Origin: Gemmatimonadota bacterium
GTDB lineage: Bacteria; Gemmatimonadota; Gemmatimonadetes; Longimicrobiales; Gaopeijiaceae
Length of the DNA: 10,791 nucleotides
Direction: 5' to 3'
NCBI GenBank assembly: GCA_039589315.1
Contig: JBDHHQ010000177.1
Coordinates: 1-10,791, forward strand
Translations under genes and position numbers: made by a program
The notes under the pieces: generated by a model
Told to the model about the DNA's origin: nothing
Seen by the model: only the letters and a program-made list of their open reading frames with translations
Database searches by the model: none
Shown here: positions 8,508 to 10,791 of the stretch, one piece after another
Layout of the letters: every line of letters begins with the position of its first letter
How positions within the stretch are numbered: position 1 is the first letter of the stretch

Positions 8508-9032
8508 CTACTTCGCGTCCGCGCCGTGGATGAGCTGCGTGAGCGCGGGCACCAGTCCGAGGCACCGGGCGTAGGTCGCCAGCTGGCCCCGGTGGTACTC
8601 CTCATGCGCGATCCCGTGCTGGAACCACGAGAGCCGGGTGGCAAACGTGCCGTCGAACTGACGGATCCGCTGCAGCATGTGGATTTCGCCGGCATCCCGG
8701 AACCGTTCGAGTCCGTGGGTCAACCGACTGGCGAGGAGACGCATCAGCGGCTCCGGGGCGCCGTCCTCCGGAATGTCGTGGGCGTACTCGGCGAAGTGCG
8801 CCTCGATGCCTTGACGTGTGAAATCGCCGTCGGGTCGCGTCAGCTCGCCCACCATCATCTCCCCCGACTGGAGGATGTGGACGACCAGCTCCCGAACGCT
8901 TCTCGCGTTGGGATGAGGGCGATAGTCCCAGGACTCTTCCGGAATCGCCTGGGCTTCGGCGGAAAACCCATCGCGGGCGAAGACCCAGCCGGCAAGGGCT
9001 TCCTCCAACAGGGTGCTCGTTTCAGCGGACAC
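8508..9032 (-). CDS. DinB/YfiT-like four-helix-bundle protein (174 aa)
   Basis: Motifs WDYRPHPNARSVRELVVHI and HEEYHRGQLATYAR..G..P give the three-His metal site of the DinB family. GTG start with GGAG upstream. Confidence 0.9.
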   Translation of the reverse strand: MSAETSTLLEEALAGWVFARDGFSAEAQAIPEESWDYRPHPNARSVRELVVHILQSGEMMVGELTRPDGDFTRQGIEAHFAEYAHDIPEDGAPEPLMRLLASRLTHGLERFRDAGEIHMLQRIRQFDGTFATRLSWFQHGIAHEEYHRGQLATYARCLGLVPALTQLIHGADAK

Positions 9033-9230
9033 GGTATGAGCTCCGGTTCAGGGGATCGACTTCGTGAAAGATGAGCAGCGCGTGGCCGTAGGACAAAACA
9101 CGCGCCAATTCGACGCGCGTTTCACTCTCGAACCGGCCATGGTACTTTACGTACGACCTCCGCCTCCGTGGAACCAAGCACGGTGCCGGGGCGTTCAGGC
9201 AAAACACACACGTCCGGAGGTGCGGACAGG

Positions 9231-9329
9231 ATGAAGCGCGCACACACACCCTGCTGCTGTTGTCGCCGCTCCCCCTCGGGGAGAGGCCGGCGGGCGCGTG
9301 CGCTCCTGCCCTGCAATCGCGCGCGCTGA
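9231..9329 (+). CDS. Putative leader peptide with tandem Cys codons (32 aa, MKRAHTPCCCCRRSPSGRGRRARALLPCNRAR)
   Basis: RBS, ATG, TGC TGC TGT TGT at 9252-9263, and TGA at 9327-9329 just before the terminator. Confidence 0.55.
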   Translation: MKRAHTPCCCCRRSPSGRGRRARALLPCNRAR

Positions 9330-9352
9330 TCGGGCACAGACCCGACGACTCG

Positions 9353-9387
9353 ACCGGCCCTCTCCCACGGGAGGGCCGGTTTTCTTT
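9353..9387 (+). terminator. Rho-independent terminator (attenuator 3:4 stem)
   Basis: A perfect 10-bp stem ACCGGCCCTC/GAGGGCCGGT is followed by TTTCTTT. Confidence 0.85.
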
Positions 9388-9438
9388 GACGCATCCACAT
9401 CGCCCCGATGACGGGGCAACCTGCATCGAGACGGCGCA

Positions 9439-10425
9439 ATGGCACCAGCGAGCCGGGAACGCCCAAGACGAAGACGCGCGCGGGCAGTGCCTACGAGCGT
9501 CAGCCTGCTCCCGATTGTCCTTGTCGGGGGCTGTATGGACGGTGCATGGCCCGACCCTGCACCGCTGTCTTCCGGGGAGCATGCCGCCGCGCACGAGGAG
9601 TGGCGGCAGGATCGCCGGGACCGCCTGGTAACGCCGCCGTCCGGAGCCGTGTTGTGGGTCGGCCTCTGGGAGATCCCCGAGGGAGCGACGCTTCTCGGCT
9701 CGGATCCGGCGCTGCGCATCGTCCTGCGCGGTGCACGAGTCCCGGCCGTTGCCGGCACGCTGAGCAGATCCGGCGCGCAGATCCGCTTCGAGCCCACGAC
9801 CGAGGCGATCACCGTTGCCGACGGGACTCCGGTGACCGAGCCCCTGACGCTGGCTAACGACCGAGAAGACGAGCCGACCGGGCTGCGACTTGGAACGCTC
9901 GGGATGCGGGTGCACGCCGAGCCCGGCACGGATCGGCTCTGGCTGCGCGCCTGGGACGAAGACCACCCACGGCGGGACTCGTTCATGCTTCCGGAGTCCT
10001 ACCCGCTCGACCCTGCGTGGCGGGTTGCGGCTCGCTTCGACCCGTTTGCGGAGCCTCGAGCGCTCCCGGTCCCCGACGTAACCGGCGGTACGGTCGTACG
10101 GCAGGCTCCGGGTGAGCTCGTCTTCCGCCTAGGTGGCCGTGAGCACCGACTTCTAGCGATCGCGGGACCCACCAGCACCACCTACTTCGTCATGATGTGG
10201 GACTCCACGGCCCTTTCGACGACGTATGAGGCCGGCAGGTACCTGCGTGTCCCGCTGGCGGACTCCACCGGATGGACCACCCTCGACTTCAACCGGGCCT
10301 ACAACCCGCCGTGCGTGTTCACGGAGTACTCGGTCTGCGGCTTGCCGCCGCCGGAGAATCGCCTGGACTTGGCCGTGACCGCCGGAGAAAAGCGGGTCGC
10401 CGGCGATCAGGGCGGTCCTCCGTAG
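9439..10425 (+). CDS. DUF1684 domain-containing putative lipoprotein
   Basis: C-terminal motifs TTYEAGRYL and LDFNRAYNPPCVFTEYSVCGLPPPENRLDLAVTAGEK are typical of DUF1684. A basic N-terminus, hydrophobic stretch and lipobox-like VGGC are present. The start is uncertain (ATG 9439 or GTG 9487). Confidence 0.88.
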   Translation: MAPASRERPRRRRARAVPTSVSLLPIVLVGGCMDGAWPDPAPLSSGEHAAAHEEWRQDRRDRLVTPPSGAVLWVGLWEIPEGATLLGSDPALRIVLRGARVPAVAGTLSRSGAQIRFEPTTEAITVADGTPVTEPLTLANDREDEPTGLRLGTLGMRVHAEPGTDRLWLRAWDEDHPRRDSFMLPESYPLDPAWRVAARFDPFAEPRALPVPDVTGGTVVRQAPGELVFRLGGREHRLLAIAGPTSTTYFVMMWDSTALSTTYEAGRYLRVPLADSTGWTTLDFNRAYNPPCVFTEYSVCGLPPPENRLDLAVTAGEKRVAGDQGGPP

Positions 10426-10511
10426 CCGCCAACGAATAGGGGATCCAACGAGGAATGGACCCATGCCACCAGTGCGAAGGCCCTGCCGAAGGTGCCTGCC
10501 GTGCTTGGAGA

Positions 10512-10561
10512 GGAGGCGCCCCCGGGTCTCCCCGAAACGGGGACCCGGAGGGCGGTCCTCC
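10512..10561. repeat. Long imperfect inverted repeat / hairpin
   Basis: GGAGG-CGCCC-CCGGGTC-T-CCCC-GAAA-C-GGGG-ACCCGG-A-GGGCG-GT-CCTCC. No U-tract on either side. Confidence 0.6.
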
Positions 10562-10741
10562 GGCGGCTCTGGGCCACGAGCCCGTAACGCTGGAGCGCCC
10601 TACCCTCGTAACGAATGCGTTGCGCGGCCCTTTCTTGCCTGAGTACCCCGGTCTCGGCAACTTCGATCGTTACTCCCGGGCGGTGGATTGCCCAGGCAGC
10701 GGGCGTCTCGCGGGCTGTCTCGACCGACGCATGGAGCGCGT

Positions 10742-10791
10742 TTGAAGAACATCCTCCAGGAGATCCACGACCGGTCGCTGTGGCAGGTGCT
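10742..10791 (+). CDS. Start of the TPR membrane protein (or of an identical-start paralogue), 3'-partial
   Basis: GGAG at 10733-10736, then TTG AAG AAC ATC CTC CAG GAG ATC CAC GAC CGG (MKNILQEIHDRSLWQV), in frame with the gene at 2-2257 through the repeat. Confidence 0.7.
   Translation, partial: MKNILQEIHDRSLWQV
10753..10791. repeat. Terminal direct repeat, copy 2 (39 bp)
   Basis: Identical to 1-39. Confidence 0.97.

Larger units (their letters stand above)
9216..9388 (+). promoter_or_regulatory. Putative ribosome-mediated transcription attenuator (leader ORF plus pause, antiterminator and terminator hairpins)
   Basis: GGAGGT at 9216-9221 and ATG at 9231. The 1:2 hairpin is CGCCG-CTCCCC/GGGGAG-CGGCG (9264-9292). 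Segment 2 GGGAGAGGCCGG (9279-9290) is complementary to segment 3 CCGGCCCTCTCCC (9354-9366), which is also the terminator 5' arm. Confidence 0.72.

Noticed and set aside
9035..9165. Minus-strand stretch VKYHGRFESETRVELARVLSYGHALLIFHEVDP, with an upstream GGAGG, as another gene remnant
   Set aside because: No proper start codon and no family I can identify with confidence.
10558..10600. Resemblance to a twister ribozyme, or to SAM-I/lysine riboswitch fragments nearby
   Set aside because: The conserved cleavage-site UAA and the core riboswitch motifs are missing or out of order.
28..10745. Numerous long Arg/Pro/Gly-rich ORFs in the six-frame track (e.g. 1298-2485, 2489-3103, 6534-7436, 7802-8695, 9022-9966)
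   Set aside because: These are antisense or alternate-frame shadows typical of high-GC DNA. They overlap better-supported genes and show no recognisable motifs.

Overview
A GC-rich bacterial window. The gene families suggest Gemmatimonadota, which is an inference from family signatures. The last 39 nt exactly repeat the first 39 nt, and joining the ends restores the missing N-terminus of the first gene. Apparently intact genes are a 3-TM plus TPR membrane protein, a small lipoprotein, a secreted cupin, a DinB-family protein and a DUF1684 lipoprotein. A small hypothetical protein seems to have lost its N-terminal TM helix. A large Ser/Thr kinase-TM-FGE/SUMF1-alpha/beta-hydrolase fusion is broken by a ~19-nt frameshifting deletion in kinase subdomain IX. 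Most intergenic spaces hold decayed gene fragments missed by the ORF track: a cupin, an unknown 3' end, a lipoprotein paralogue tail, a kinase N-terminus, an ADOP/MacB permease C-terminus, a Uma2 nuclease and possibly a SnoaL cyclase. The most striking element is an apparently complete classical transcription attenuator at 9216-9388, upstream of the DUF1684 gene. It has an RBS, a 32-codon leader ORF with four tandem Cys codons, and mutually exclusive 1:2, 2:3 and 3:4 hairpins ending in a U-tract terminator.
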